The notes beneath the pieces are model-generated. The model had not been told where the DNA came from. It saw only the letters and a list, made by a program, of their open reading frames with translations, and ran no database searches. A stretch of 60,167 nucleotides of DNA from a virus: the IMG/VR virus record IMGVR_UViG_3300045227_000003; one strand, 5' to 3'. Within the stretch, counting starts at the first letter, position 1. The number at the start of each line of letters is the position of its first letter. Shown one piece after another: positions 31,190 to 40,487 of the stretch. Made by a program: the position numbers and the translations under genes.

Positions 31190-32362
31190 TTATGCTTTTA
31201 CTTGTGTGCCGATTTTAAGCGCCGCTACAGTCGCCGGAGTCCAGCGCGTCCCGTTCGGGTCGTTGGTCATGAGAAGGCGGCTATGGCGAAACCCGGTGTT
31301 GAACGGCACGGCGATAGGGTCGGCCTCCGCCAGAATACCATTTAGCGTTACTCGCGAAGAAAACTGGCGAGTTCCTGCCAGCGGGTTCTGCCCGTACCCC
31401 CTGACCTGCACCGCCTCAATCGTCGCCAGTTTAACCGCGATGTCCTCGGCGTTTGTATTGTACATGTCGTACTGGCCCAACTCGGTAGCGGATAGGAACG
31501 AGGTGGACGGGTTCGGGATCGCCGTCGGGTTAGCGAACATATCCCCAGCGGCTACGGCGGCGTTTGAGTTGAAGGCCGGAGGTCTGAGGTAGCTGACGTC
31601 ATCATCTGAGGACGGCTTAAAGGCCCATACGCGAGTTGCGGATCCCAAGCGGATATCAGCGGCGGAGTCGATGCGCTGGATATACAGGTCTTTGAACTCC
31701 ATATTCGTCCCAGCGATAGGCGTACCCCCGTTGTACACCTCCTTGAAGAAGCAGATCGACTCCCAAGGATTGTACGTGGTGAAGCCCGGCCCGGTAGTCG
31801 TGACCAATTCATCGTCAATGTACATGTTGAATGTCTTGGTGTCCGCGAACCACTCGAACTCGTAATACTTCTCCGTCCCTAGAGGCTGGTCATTCTGGAA
31901 TCGAACGAGGCTGCGCGCATTGGTTGACATTACCGAGACCTGCATCGCATACGGGGAGAATCGGTTGGCTTGGTAGACTCGCAGTCCAACGCGGTACGAC
32001 GTTGTGCTCGTAAACCCTAGCTCACCGAAGTACATCCCCCACCCACACCACCAGTCTGACGAGTTCCCGAGGTTGGCTGAAATGGCGAGGCAGCCGCTAT
32101 TGGCGTCCGTAGACGACGGCCCCACAGTGATGAAAGGGTTCCCAACATACGTTGGCGTGCTGTACTTGCTACCAAGTGCCGCGAAACGCGGCCCCGGAGA
32201 GTCGTTGACGTTAAACTGGCCGAAGACCCGGTTGATCCCGTTATCCACAGGCAATAGCGTCATCGACGCGTTATACATGTTGTTATTGATAACGAGGTTG
32301 GATAGCTGCTGGTTATGCGCGAACGCTGTCCCATTAAACCCGGTCAAATACACGATAGGCAT
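31190..32362 (-). CDS. Tail fibre/receptor-binding paralogue 4, 390 aa, most divergent
   Basis: Shares KYYEFEW...FNMYIDDELV...FKDLYIQ with the WYY.E...Y.NN...DD.Y pattern of the three upstream paralogues. Same SD junction, GGAGCACAC. Confidence 0.55.
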   Translation of the reverse strand: MPIVYLTGFNGTAFAHNQQLSNLVINNNMYNASMTLLPVDNGINRVFGQFNVNDSPGPRFAALGSKYSTPTYVGNPFITVGPSSTDANSGCLAISANLGNSSDWWCGWGMYFGELGFTSTTSYRVGLRVYQANRFSPYAMQVSVMSTNARSLVRFQNDQPLGTEKYYEFEWFADTKTFNMYIDDELVTTTGPGFTTYNPWESICFFKEVYNGGTPIAGTNMEFKDLYIQRIDSAADIRLGSATRVWAFKPSSDDDVSYLRPPAFNSNAAVAAGDMFANPTAIPNPSTSFLSATELGQYDMYNTNAEDIAVKLATIEAVQVRGYGQNPLAGTRQFSSRVTLNGILAEADPIAVPFNTGFRHSRLLMTNDPNGTRWTPATVAALKIGTQVKA

Positions 32363-32374
32363 AGTGTGCTCCTG

Positions 32375-33394
32375 TTATCGGGTGATGATGCCGAATTGCA
32401 ATGATTCGACGTTGTTCTGGTTCCAGTTGCCACCGCCCGGCGCTTGCTCGTACGTGGCCTGATAATACTTATACGCCTCGGTCAGCGGCACCTGAATTTC
32501 AGAGGGAGTCCCACCCTCGGCATTCACTACCAGACCTAGTTTACGGTCGTCGAGGTCGCCTTTACGGGCGTACGCAATGACAGATACCGCGAAGACTTGG
32601 TTGGCGGTTGGCAACGTAACGTTCGAGCGGTACATGTCCGTAGCCCCTGCAGTGTTCGACTGCAAGTACGGCTTGCCTGCGCCGCCCGGGGAGAGCTGCG
32701 AAACGATCTGGTAGTGAGGGGTTGACGAGGTTGCCCCGACGACTTCCCACGCGGTTGCCACGTCTGCCGTAGGCATACGACTGGTCACTTCTACCGGCGT
32801 CAGGCGCTCGTTGTTGTAGCTGCCGGAGCCGTCGATCACGTAGAAGTCATCCAGCGTTTGTTCACCTGCGTTGGCCGCTGTGCCGGTCTGGCCCCAAACG
32901 ATGGTGTACAACGTAGTCGGCGCGCTCGACGGTGCCACAGTCAACTGCAGCTCGTTGTTCGCGTAGATCTTGACAGTATTGGCGGTCTTGTCGATCTCGA
33001 TCTCGAAGTAGTACCAAGCGTTCAGGATCAGCGGGTTCACCCCCAACTCTTCGCCTACGCGGATCTTACCGGTGGTCGCGTCCCAGTCGATGTCGACGAT
33101 GTTCTCGATACGCGCGATACGCATACGGGACAGCCCGGCTTTCAAGGCGAACCCGAATACGACCTTGGCGTTAGTCGTGGTGAAGCCCCATGACAGAGAG
33201 GCGTTGATTGACGAGCTGGCCGCCACGGTGAATTTAAGCGCCTTGGCCCCAGTGCGACGACCCTCGACAACCGAGAAGGTCGCGTCGTTGGCGTTACGCA
33301 CGGTGTACCCGGCGGCCTCAAGATACCCTTGCAGTACGGTGCCCTTCACGCCGAGTTCAGCGTAGTGGTCATAGCCGTCACAGAATTTAAACAT
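32375..33394 (-). CDS. Tail fibre/receptor-binding paralogue 3, 339 aa
   Basis: Starts MFKFCDGYDHY. Has WYYFEIEIDKTANTVKIYANN and LDDFYVIDG, and ends LQFGIITR. Confidence 0.6.
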   Translation of the reverse strand: MFKFCDGYDHYAELGVKGTVLQGYLEAAGYTVRNANDATFSVVEGRRTGAKALKFTVAASSSINASLSWGFTTTNAKVVFGFALKAGLSRMRIARIENIVDIDWDATTGKIRVGEELGVNPLILNAWYYFEIEIDKTANTVKIYANNELQLTVAPSSAPTTLYTIVWGQTGTAANAGEQTLDDFYVIDGSGSYNNERLTPVEVTSRMPTADVATAWEVVGATSSTPHYQIVSQLSPGGAGKPYLQSNTAGATDMYRSNVTLPTANQVFAVSVIAYARKGDLDDRKLGLVVNAEGGTPSEIQVPLTEAYKYYQATYEQAPGGGNWNQNNVESLQFGIITR

Positions 33395-33406
33395 GTTGTG
33401 TGCTCC

Positions 33407-34369
33407 TTACGGTCTTACGATCACGCCAAAAGGCGCGGCGTTCAGACGTTCATCGTTCCAGTCTTGGTTAGACTGGTTGGTTTCGAATACAGCATAACTG
33501 TACTTTTCGGTCGTGGATAGCGCCACGTCAATAACTTCTTTTTGTGTCTGCCCTTTCTGGCCGATAACCATGCCCAACTGACGGTTGTCAACGTCGGACT
33601 TTTTATTCAGCACAGTAAGGCCCACCGCCAAGATGTTCTGCGTGTCCGGGATCGGCGTATTCGATAAGAACGTGTCGATGGCCCCGGACGTGTTCGACTG
33701 AATGTACTTGGTGTCGACTGGCGGCTGATTGTATACCAGCGGGTAGTGACTGGTGCCGGACGATGGCGACCACTCGGTGTCAACGTCGACCAACGGCAAG
33801 CGCGCCGTGATCTGGATTGGCCCGATGCGGCCGGTGTATTTGCCCGGGGAGTTGTCGATAAACTGCAGGTCGTCCAGAAGGTACTGCGCTTGGGCTACGG
33901 ATGCCCATGTGACTTCGTAACTCGTCACCGGGTTGGCGCTCGACGGCGATGGTGCGGTAACGTCGACGCTGTTATTCACATAGACTTCGAGCGTGGAAGT
34001 CGTCTTGTCCAGTACCACCTCAATGTAGTACCACAAGTCCAGCAGCAGGATCGCCGTGCCGGTACCACCAGCGCAAGAGATCTTACCGGTGGACTCGTCC
34101 CACGTTACGGTAGCCACGTCTTTAATCGTGACAAGCGTGTGGCGTTTGCCCACAGCCCGGAACGCGAAGCCGAATACCACCTTGCTGTTCTGCGAGGTAA
34201 ACACGCGCTTCAAGGTGGCGTTGTCTGGCAGAGAGACCGCCAACTGCGCGGCGGTTCTCCCTTCTTCGAGTGTTGGCGTGCCAGACACGGTGTACCCGCA
34301 TTTGGTTAGCCCGGCCACGATATCGGTCTGCCCTTTGAGCTGATCGAAGCCGTCCATAAATTTCAACAT
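33407..34369 (-). CDS. Tail fibre/receptor-binding paralogue 2, 320 aa
   Basis: Starts MLKFMDGFDQL. Has WYYIEVVLDKTTSTLEVYVNN and LDDLQFIDN, and ends APFGVIVRP. Confidence 0.6.
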   Translation of the reverse strand: MLKFMDGFDQLKGQTDIVAGLTKCGYTVSGTPTLEEGRTAAQLAVSLPDNATLKRVFTSQNSKVVFGFAFRAVGKRHTLVTIKDVATVTWDESTGKISCAGGTGTAILLLDLWYYIEVVLDKTTSTLEVYVNNSVDVTAPSPSSANPVTSYEVTWASVAQAQYLLDDLQFIDNSPGKYTGRIGPIQITARLPLVDVDTEWSPSSGTSHYPLVYNQPPVDTKYIQSNTSGAIDTFLSNTPIPDTQNILAVGLTVLNKKSDVDNRQLGMVIGQKGQTQKEVIDVALSTTEKYSYAVFETNQSNQDWNDERLNAAPFGVIVRP

Positions 34370-34384
34370 AGTGTGCTCCTGTTA

Positions 34385-35389
34385 TTAGATGACCGAGCGA
34401 ACGCCAAATTCGGCGGCCTCGATACCGGCCTTATCATATCCGTTCGGTGACATGAGAGTGTAGCGGTATTCCCACCCACGGCTGATATTTGACATGGTGA
34501 CAGTGTTCCCGTCAATGTTGGCAATCACCGATACCGGGTCAGCCGTCGCCTTACGGACGAGCGCTACGACACCGTGGGACAAGATGGCCCCGTCATCCGG
34601 CAGCGTGCCACCGGAGATAAACGAGTCGTGGCGGTCATTGGTGCCGGTGTAGATGAAGCGGTCGTTCACGTCAGGCGGCAGCACGCCGACCATCAGGTAA
34701 TGCGGCCCGGATACGTCCGAGGCTGACGTCCCCCACTCTTTCGCCCGGTCGCCGCTTGGCAGTCTGCCGCTGATCTGGATGGCCCCGTAGCGCCCGCCGT
34801 CCTGTGCGTACATGTCGTCGAAAATCTTGGTGTCCTCAATGTACGGCTTACCCTCCGGCCAGTTCGTCGGCATCATGTCGTACGGGTTGAACACCATGCG
34901 CACGGTAGGCGCTGACGTCAGCTCTACAGGGATTTGGTACTCGACGTCGGCCTTACCATTCACGAATACCTGAACGACGCGTGTGGCCCGGTTCATCACC
35001 ACTTCGTAGTAATACCAGCGGTTAGGCAACGGGGTGACGTAGCCCACGTCTGACCGATCCAGACCGGTGTCAATCGTGATAAGCGCGGAAACCGGGTCGA
35101 CGTAGACCAACATGAAATTCGTGTTACGCCCGGTCATATCGCCAACCTTGAGGCCGAACAGCGGCCCCCGGGCAATCTGTTTACAGGCGAACCCAACGGT
35201 CAGCGTATCACCGGCCCACGTCCAGTCACGTTCGTACGCGCTGTTGAGGGTCGTGATCCCGATACTGGAAGGCAGGCGGCCACTACCGGCAGATAGTTGG
35301 CCCCGCACCCTGTAGCCCGCCCACGTCATCGTTTCAGTGGGCGACTCGATAGTCCTAAATTGTTCGTAGCCGTCAAAAAATTGTGCCAT
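34385..35389 (-). CDS. Tail fibre/receptor-binding paralogue 1, 334 aa
   Basis: Starts MAQFFDGYEQF. Has WYYYEVVMNRATRVVQVFVNG and FDDMYAQDG, and ends AEFGVRSVI. Confidence 0.6.
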   Translation of the reverse strand: MAQFFDGYEQFRTIESPTETMTWAGYRVRGQLSAGSGRLPSSIGITTLNSAYERDWTWAGDTLTVGFACKQIARGPLFGLKVGDMTGRNTNFMLVYVDPVSALITIDTGLDRSDVGYVTPLPNRWYYYEVVMNRATRVVQVFVNGKADVEYQIPVELTSAPTVRMVFNPYDMMPTNWPEGKPYIEDTKIFDDMYAQDGGRYGAIQISGRLPSGDRAKEWGTSASDVSGPHYLMVGVLPPDVNDRFIYTGTNDRHDSFISGGTLPDDGAILSHGVVALVRKATADPVSVIANIDGNTVTMSNISRGWEYRYTLMSPNGYDKAGIEAAEFGVRSVI

Positions 35390-35399
35390 GAGAGATCCC

Positions 35400-36140
35400 T
35401 TATACCAGTCCGAGCCGGATGACGAAGCCGTAATTCTTGAACCCGGCCACGACTTCTTGCGGCGCGCGCACAGTCAGGCGGTCGCCTTTCGCGAACGACA
35501 CGATGGTGCCGCCGGACGTGGTAAACGTTGCGTTGAAGTTGCCTTGGTCGACAGTGATGGTGCCGACGTTATTGCCGTTACGCTGCACGCGCAGTTGCAC
35601 GTACGCCGGGCTGGAATCGTCGGCCATGTCGAGCTGTGAACCGACCATGTTGGCCGGTAGGTACATCGGGTCAAGGATCGGCAGGTGAACAATCGGTTCA
35701 TTGCTGTACATGGTATCGGACACGGTGACGCCAATGTCGTACCACTTCGGCTTGACGGTTGGATCCGGGTTAGGGTTAACCGGGTCTTCCCCGGTAGCCT
35801 CTTCCACCCACGTCGTGCCGTTGTACCAGATAAACTTGTTGTACGACACCGAGTACGCGCGCCAGCCAAGTTTCGGCGTGTAGAAGACCCACGCCTTTTC
35901 GACGTAGGTGGCAACATCGCCTTCGTGGCCTGACCATGCACCGGTCGGGTTCGCGGCAACGACATACGTGCTGCCGTCTACCACGCTGCCCGGCGGGGAT
36001 GAAAACGTCAATGACTGGATGACGGGGTAAAACATCGTGTCGATGAATACCTGAGAGTCGGACATCGGGCCGCCCCAATAGTCCTCCCCTCTGATCCATC
36101 CGTAGGGTAGCCCCTGATTCGGGGCTATCTTTTTCGGCAT
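35400..36140 (-). CDS. DUF2793-like tail protein, 246 aa
   Basis: GSTYVVAANPTGAWSGHEGDVATYVEKAWVFYTPKLGW fits the DUF2793 signature as I remember it. It lies directly after the J-like gene. Confidence 0.5.
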   Translation of the reverse strand: MPKKIAPNQGLPYGWIRGEDYWGGPMSDSQVFIDTMFYPVIQSLTFSSPPGSVVDGSTYVVAANPTGAWSGHEGDVATYVEKAWVFYTPKLGWRAYSVSYNKFIWYNGTTWVEEATGEDPVNPNPDPTVKPKWYDIGVTVSDTMYSNEPIVHLPILDPMYLPANMVGSQLDMADDSSPAYVQLRVQRNGNNVGTITVDQGNFNATFTTSGGTIVSFAKGDRLTVRAPQEVVAGFKNYGFVIRLGLV

Positions 36141-39100
36141 TATTCTGTGTCCTCTGTTGCTGGTGGAACATATCTTGCGTCAGGTAACGTCGTTGCCCAT
36201 CCGTGATCCCAACTGATTGACCATCCCGGTACGTTGGTTGGGTCTACCGGAGGAATCGGTGGATCCGGCGGGTCAGTGTCCGGGTTCTCCGGGTCAACCG
36301 GTGGTGTCGGTGGATCCGGCTCGTCCGTACCACCATCGCCCGGATCGCCGGGTTCGCCCGGGTCTGGTCTGTCTGGCGGCTCTACCGGTGGGTTAGTTCC
36401 GCCGCCGTTGTTTCCGCCGCCCGGTGGTTGCCAAGGCCCGGTTCCGCCGCCCGGCTTCTGGCCCGGTGGTAACGGATAGGATGGCGCTTGGAACGTCATG
36501 CTGTAACCCTGCCAGTTGAGCATACCATCGCGAACAGCGTTGACGGTAACGTTCAGCGTAGCCCAACCGCCTGCCCGTTGCGCATAACCGGCCTGACGGC
36601 CCCACGATTCGATGTCTGCTGCGCGTAGAGTAAACCCGGCGTCTTCCGTGGTGAACTCGCTTAACAGTTGGAACGCGCCGCCCGGGGCTGACGATGAATA
36701 CGCATAGCCAACACGCACGCGGTACACGACGCCCGGCTCCGGCTGAATGCCCACATGGAAGTGGTCGCGGGCGATACTGCCTTGCGAGATACGGTTGCGG
36801 TGGGCATACGTGACCAGCAAGTCTTTCGCTTTCAGGTTGTTGTACGGGTTGAAGTCCGCTGCCAGTGCCGAGGCTTGGTTGAAGAACGGCTGGCCGCCAA
36901 TCATCATTAAGCCCGGTGGATATGGGCGTTTCGGACGGTACTGCATTTGCAACTGCAGCGGGTAGAAACGGTCTAGCGGAATGGTGATCCCGTAGCTGTC
37001 CGGGCGGATGATGACCATTGCTTTCTCGTCGTCCCCAAACGGCATATCGGAGAAGCCGGAGCCATTGGAGATCAGCCACGCCGGTCTTGCGCTGTAGTGC
37101 TGTGCCGGAATGGTATCGGCAGCGCCACGGCCAACTTTAAACGTGTTGCCGCTGACTGACTTGATAAGCATGATTTCCTGATCGATAAGAATCAGGTCGC
37201 CCGGTTGGGCCATCGCAATCGGCACGCCGTCTTTATCGGACGTACTGCGCATCGTTACTTCGTCTGAGAAGAAGCCCATGCCAAGCGCGGTCACGCCCCA
37301 CGGTGTCCACGGTTGAGACCCGGACGACGTGTAGTTTGCATCGCTTTCGTGCTTCGTGAACAGGGTGTAGCTGTCAACGGTACGATCTGACGAGCGGGCC
37401 ACGTAGGCGGACACCTTGGACTCGTTCAGGTTCTTGCCGGTGCGCGACAACTGGATGTACGGGGTTTCGTACAGCAGCGTATCGAGCGGCGTCACCATTA
37501 CCGATTCCTGCGTCACTTGGTGTGGCAGCAGCGCGATGTTCGGGCCGTTCATGCTATCGGCTTCGAAGAACGTCGCCGGTTGTACCGCTTGGTGCATCAT
37601 GCTCGCTACCGCCGGGCCACCTTGAGGTTCGTACGGTGGTTCGGTTGTGCTGTCAGCATTGAACGGCTGAACGGCGGCGTGCATCAGGCTCGCGTCATAA
37701 ACGAATTGCGGCGGCTTCTTATAAACGCTGACCTTAGTCTCGTAGTATTCCCAGCATTCACGACCGTTGCGAACGGAGGTCAAACGTAACGTCGCCAATA
37801 CAGGGTCTACCGTGCTCGCCTCGACGTTCACGTCGTTAGCGGCAGTTGCGTACGGCCATTGCCACGTAGTCCCGGTGATGCCCGTTTCTGTGCGAACTAG
37901 CGCACCTTGTTGGTCATAGATGCGAACGGTGTACGTCGTGCCGCTTTCTGGCCCGATATCCCCTTCCATGTGGCCCACAAGTTTATCCGCTTGCATCAGA
38001 CGGTCGCGGTGCGCCCAAATCAGGTAGTAGGTGTCAGGCGTTTCGCCGGAATTGGCCGTGTAAGACAGGGATGACGGCGTATACCAGTGGAGTAGCGTCG
38101 GGGACGAGGCCAAGTAGTGCTGCACCGCGCCCGGCGGGTATGGTCGTGCGTGACGGAAGTCCATGTCGAGGTGGTCGACCGGTGCGTCGTCAATCGGATA
38201 GCGGCCACCGCCCAACGTCCACGGCAGGATCTTGATGTCGATACCTTCGTTACCTGCGTAGCGCTGCCAGTCGGTACCGCCGTCAAACGTCGTAACCCAC
38301 AACACTTCGCCTTTCTGGTGACGCCAAGGGATCGTATCCATGACACCGCGAGAAACGGTGATGATGTTCCCCTGAATGTTGTCAATGCGGACGAACTCTT
38401 CCGAGATTTCCATCTGAGTAGTCTGCCCGGCCAATACCGGCTTCGCGATACGGGCGGCCATACCGACCTGCACGTCCGCCCACTCGGCGGTCATCCCGCT
38501 TAGGATAAACGTATTGTCGAGGTAACTCACGTCAGCGGCCAGATCCCCCAGCGCGCCGAAGTCCCCGTTGCCCCGGACATCGTACGTCGCCTCGCCCTCG
38601 GCCATGATGCCCATGTCATATGCGGCGGACATAGCGGTCGGCTTCTCGGCTTGGCTGTTGATGAAGGACTGGTCATCGGATACGGAATTCAGCTCGCCTT
38701 GCGGGATTTGCTGCACCATATCGACCCACGGCATTTCGTAGACGATGCGACGTGCGAGCGCCGGTTGAAGGTCAGGCACATAACCGGTAGGCGGCTCAAC
38801 TTGGTTGAACGTGTTGAGCTGGAACGCAAACTGATCTTGCAGCGCGACAATCTTAATCTTGCCGTCGGTCAGGGTGCCATCTTCCACGGTGCCCACACGC
38901 ACGACAACTTCGGTCAGGCCGCGTTGCTTAGGGTCGCGGATCTTGAACACGTCGCCCGGGTTGATGTTCCATGCCCGGCGGTCGCACACTACGGTGAAGC
39001 GGCGGACGTTGGTAGACGAGACCCGGAGGTCACGCTGCGCTACCTGCATCGCCAGTTTACCGGTAGGGATGCCCATGTACTCAACCGTGTTGCTGTTCAG

Positions 39101-40024
39101 ACATTGCTGGTTCTGAATCTGCGCGAGGTTGTGGCAGCGTACTTGCTGATCCTCGTCCATGATTGGGTTGTGGTACGTGACGATAACCTCGTTCACGAAG
39201 TTGGCCGGGCTGGCGTTGGTGGCCTCGTCAATGGACAGCAGCCCCGAGTCGCTATCGAAGATCGGTAGGCTATCGAAGTTGTAGTCCTTGCGGATCAGTT
39301 TCAGCGTCAGCTTGCCGGTCTGCTTGGACACGTACATCGCCCCGCCGATATGGTCAAGGATGATCTGCTGGAACGCTTCGAGCGTGTCCTGACGCTTCCA
39401 CGCGATGCACAGACCGAAGCCTTCCTCGTACAACTGGTCAGCCGCCTTACGGAAGGACACGTCATCCACCAAGTCCCGGTTCAGGCCACGACCCCACTCG
39501 AAGTTTGACTGGCACTCGTACAGGATGTGCGCCGGGTTCATCGCGTGGATCTCGGACTGATTGCCCGCACCGTCATACCCCAACATCTTGATAAGGCACT
39601 TCGGCTCGTACCAGACACCGCCATACCACCCGGCAGTAGACCGGCGCGTCTTGAACTTCCACGCTTTCGGGTATGGGTTCATGGCGCAGATCATGCCGTC
39701 GAAGAACGCTGTCACCACGCCACGGTATTGAGGTTGACGCCCGCCCAACATGGAGCGCAGTGCTTGGCTGATAGTCTGCGTCTGGCCGCCCATGTACAGC
39801 TCGAAGCGCCCGTCGATGCCGCCTTCTGCCTTGGTGCCGCCGAACAGTTCCGACTGGTTAATGCTGATCGTGCTGTTCTGGGTTAACGAGCCAGTCCACG
39901 CGGTACGGTCGCCCACGCGGATCTCGGTGATTTCGTTTACCGGGCCACGGAAAAGGCCCATGAACAGGCCCATGTAGTATTTATAACCTACCGTGATTTT
40001 CTTGGCTTTACTTCCCATGCCCAT
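36140..40024 (-). CDS. Host-specificity / central tail tip protein, lambda gpJ-like, 1294 aa
   Basis: Assigned by size, by position after the M/L/I-position genes, and by a J-like central region. The C-terminal 100 aa or so is P/D/G-rich low complexity. Confidence 0.75.
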   Translation of the reverse strand: MGMGSKAKKITVGYKYYMGLFMGLFRGPVNEITEIRVGDRTAWTGSLTQNSTISINQSELFGGTKAEGGIDGRFELYMGGQTQTISQALRSMLGGRQPQYRGVVTAFFDGMICAMNPYPKAWKFKTRRSTAGWYGGVWYEPKCLIKMLGYDGAGNQSEIHAMNPAHILYECQSNFEWGRGLNRDLVDDVSFRKAADQLYEEGFGLCIAWKRQDTLEAFQQIILDHIGGAMYVSKQTGKLTLKLIRKDYNFDSLPIFDSDSGLLSIDEATNASPANFVNEVIVTYHNPIMDEDQQVRCHNLAQIQNQQCLNSNTVEYMGIPTGKLAMQVAQRDLRVSSTNVRRFTVVCDRRAWNINPGDVFKIRDPKQRGLTEVVVRVGTVEDGTLTDGKIKIVALQDQFAFQLNTFNQVEPPTGYVPDLQPALARRIVYEMPWVDMVQQIPQGELNSVSDDQSFINSQAEKPTAMSAAYDMGIMAEGEATYDVRGNGDFGALGDLAADVSYLDNTFILSGMTAEWADVQVGMAARIAKPVLAGQTTQMEISEEFVRIDNIQGNIITVSRGVMDTIPWRHQKGEVLWVTTFDGGTDWQRYAGNEGIDIKILPWTLGGGRYPIDDAPVDHLDMDFRHARPYPPGAVQHYLASSPTLLHWYTPSSLSYTANSGETPDTYYLIWAHRDRLMQADKLVGHMEGDIGPESGTTYTVRIYDQQGALVRTETGITGTTWQWPYATAANDVNVEASTVDPVLATLRLTSVRNGRECWEYYETKVSVYKKPPQFVYDASLMHAAVQPFNADSTTEPPYEPQGGPAVASMMHQAVQPATFFEADSMNGPNIALLPHQVTQESVMVTPLDTLLYETPYIQLSRTGKNLNESKVSAYVARSSDRTVDSYTLFTKHESDANYTSSGSQPWTPWGVTALGMGFFSDEVTMRSTSDKDGVPIAMAQPGDLILIDQEIMLIKSVSGNTFKVGRGAADTIPAQHYSARPAWLISNGSGFSDMPFGDDEKAMVIIRPDSYGITIPLDRFYPLQLQMQYRPKRPYPPGLMMIGGQPFFNQASALAADFNPYNNLKAKDLLVTYAHRNRISQGSIARDHFHVGIQPEPGVVYRVRVGYAYSSSAPGGAFQLLSEFTTEDAGFTLRAADIESWGRQAGYAQRAGGWATLNVTVNAVRDGMLNWQGYSMTFQAPSYPLPPGQKPGGGTGPWQPPGGGNNGGGTNPPVEPPDRPDPGEPGDPGDGGTDEPDPPTPPVDPENPDTDPPDPPIPPVDPTNVPGWSISWDHGWATTLPDARYVPPATEDTE

Positions 40025-40247
40025 GCGCCTCGTCCCATTCCGTTTGTGCCAGCGTTGCGGCCTTGTGCAATAACGGATTTGATGACTTCAAGGCATCCTC
40101 AACCGGATAGCCTTCCCGTAAAAACTGTTCGAAGGTCAGGCCGAATCGCTCGGCCAACCGTTCGGATCCCGAGGCGCAGTACCCCAACGCCCGGGCGTGC
40201 CGCATGAAGATGCGCGGCTTGTCCTTCGGCTCGTTTGCTCTACTCAT
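40008..40247 (-). CDS. Hypothetical tail-region protein, 79 aa
   Basis: ORF track. It overlaps the J start by 17 nt. Confidence 0.45.
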   Translation of the reverse strand: MSRANEPKDKPRIFMRHARALGYCASGSERLAERFGLTFEQFLREGYPVEDALKSSNPLLHKAATLAQTEWDEAHGHGK

Positions 40248-40477
40248 TATTTCTTCGCCTGTTTCGCTTTAACTGCACTGGTGCGGAAGTTGCCAAAACC
40301 CAACACCTGCCAATCCGATGTCCACACCTCGCCGAAGACAACCGTCTGCGGGGTGCCTTCCTTCACTTGGGGGATGTCGAAGTCTTCAATCGTTGCTGGT
40401 TTTGCCTCGGCTGGTTTCGGTGCCAGTGCCGCGTTGATCAGCACGGAGGCTACCAGCATTGCTAATGCCCACCACAT
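40247..40477 (-). CDS. Small tail assembly protein, lambda gpI position, 76 aa
   Basis: The ATG at 40477 follows TAAGGAGCGAACT. It has an N-terminal hydrophobic helix, then IPQVKEGTPQTVVFGEVW. The longer ORF-track form overlaps the upstream gene. Confidence 0.5.
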   Translation of the reverse strand: MWWALAMLVASVLINAALAPKPAEAKPATIEDFDIPQVKEGTPQTVVFGEVWTSDWQVLGFGNFRTSAVKAKQAKK

Positions 40478-40487
40478 AGTTCGCTCC

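Noticed and set aside
36234-36479. 81-aa G/S-rich plus-strand ORF
   Set aside because: It is the antisense reading of the Pro/Asp/Gly-rich C-terminus of the J-like protein.
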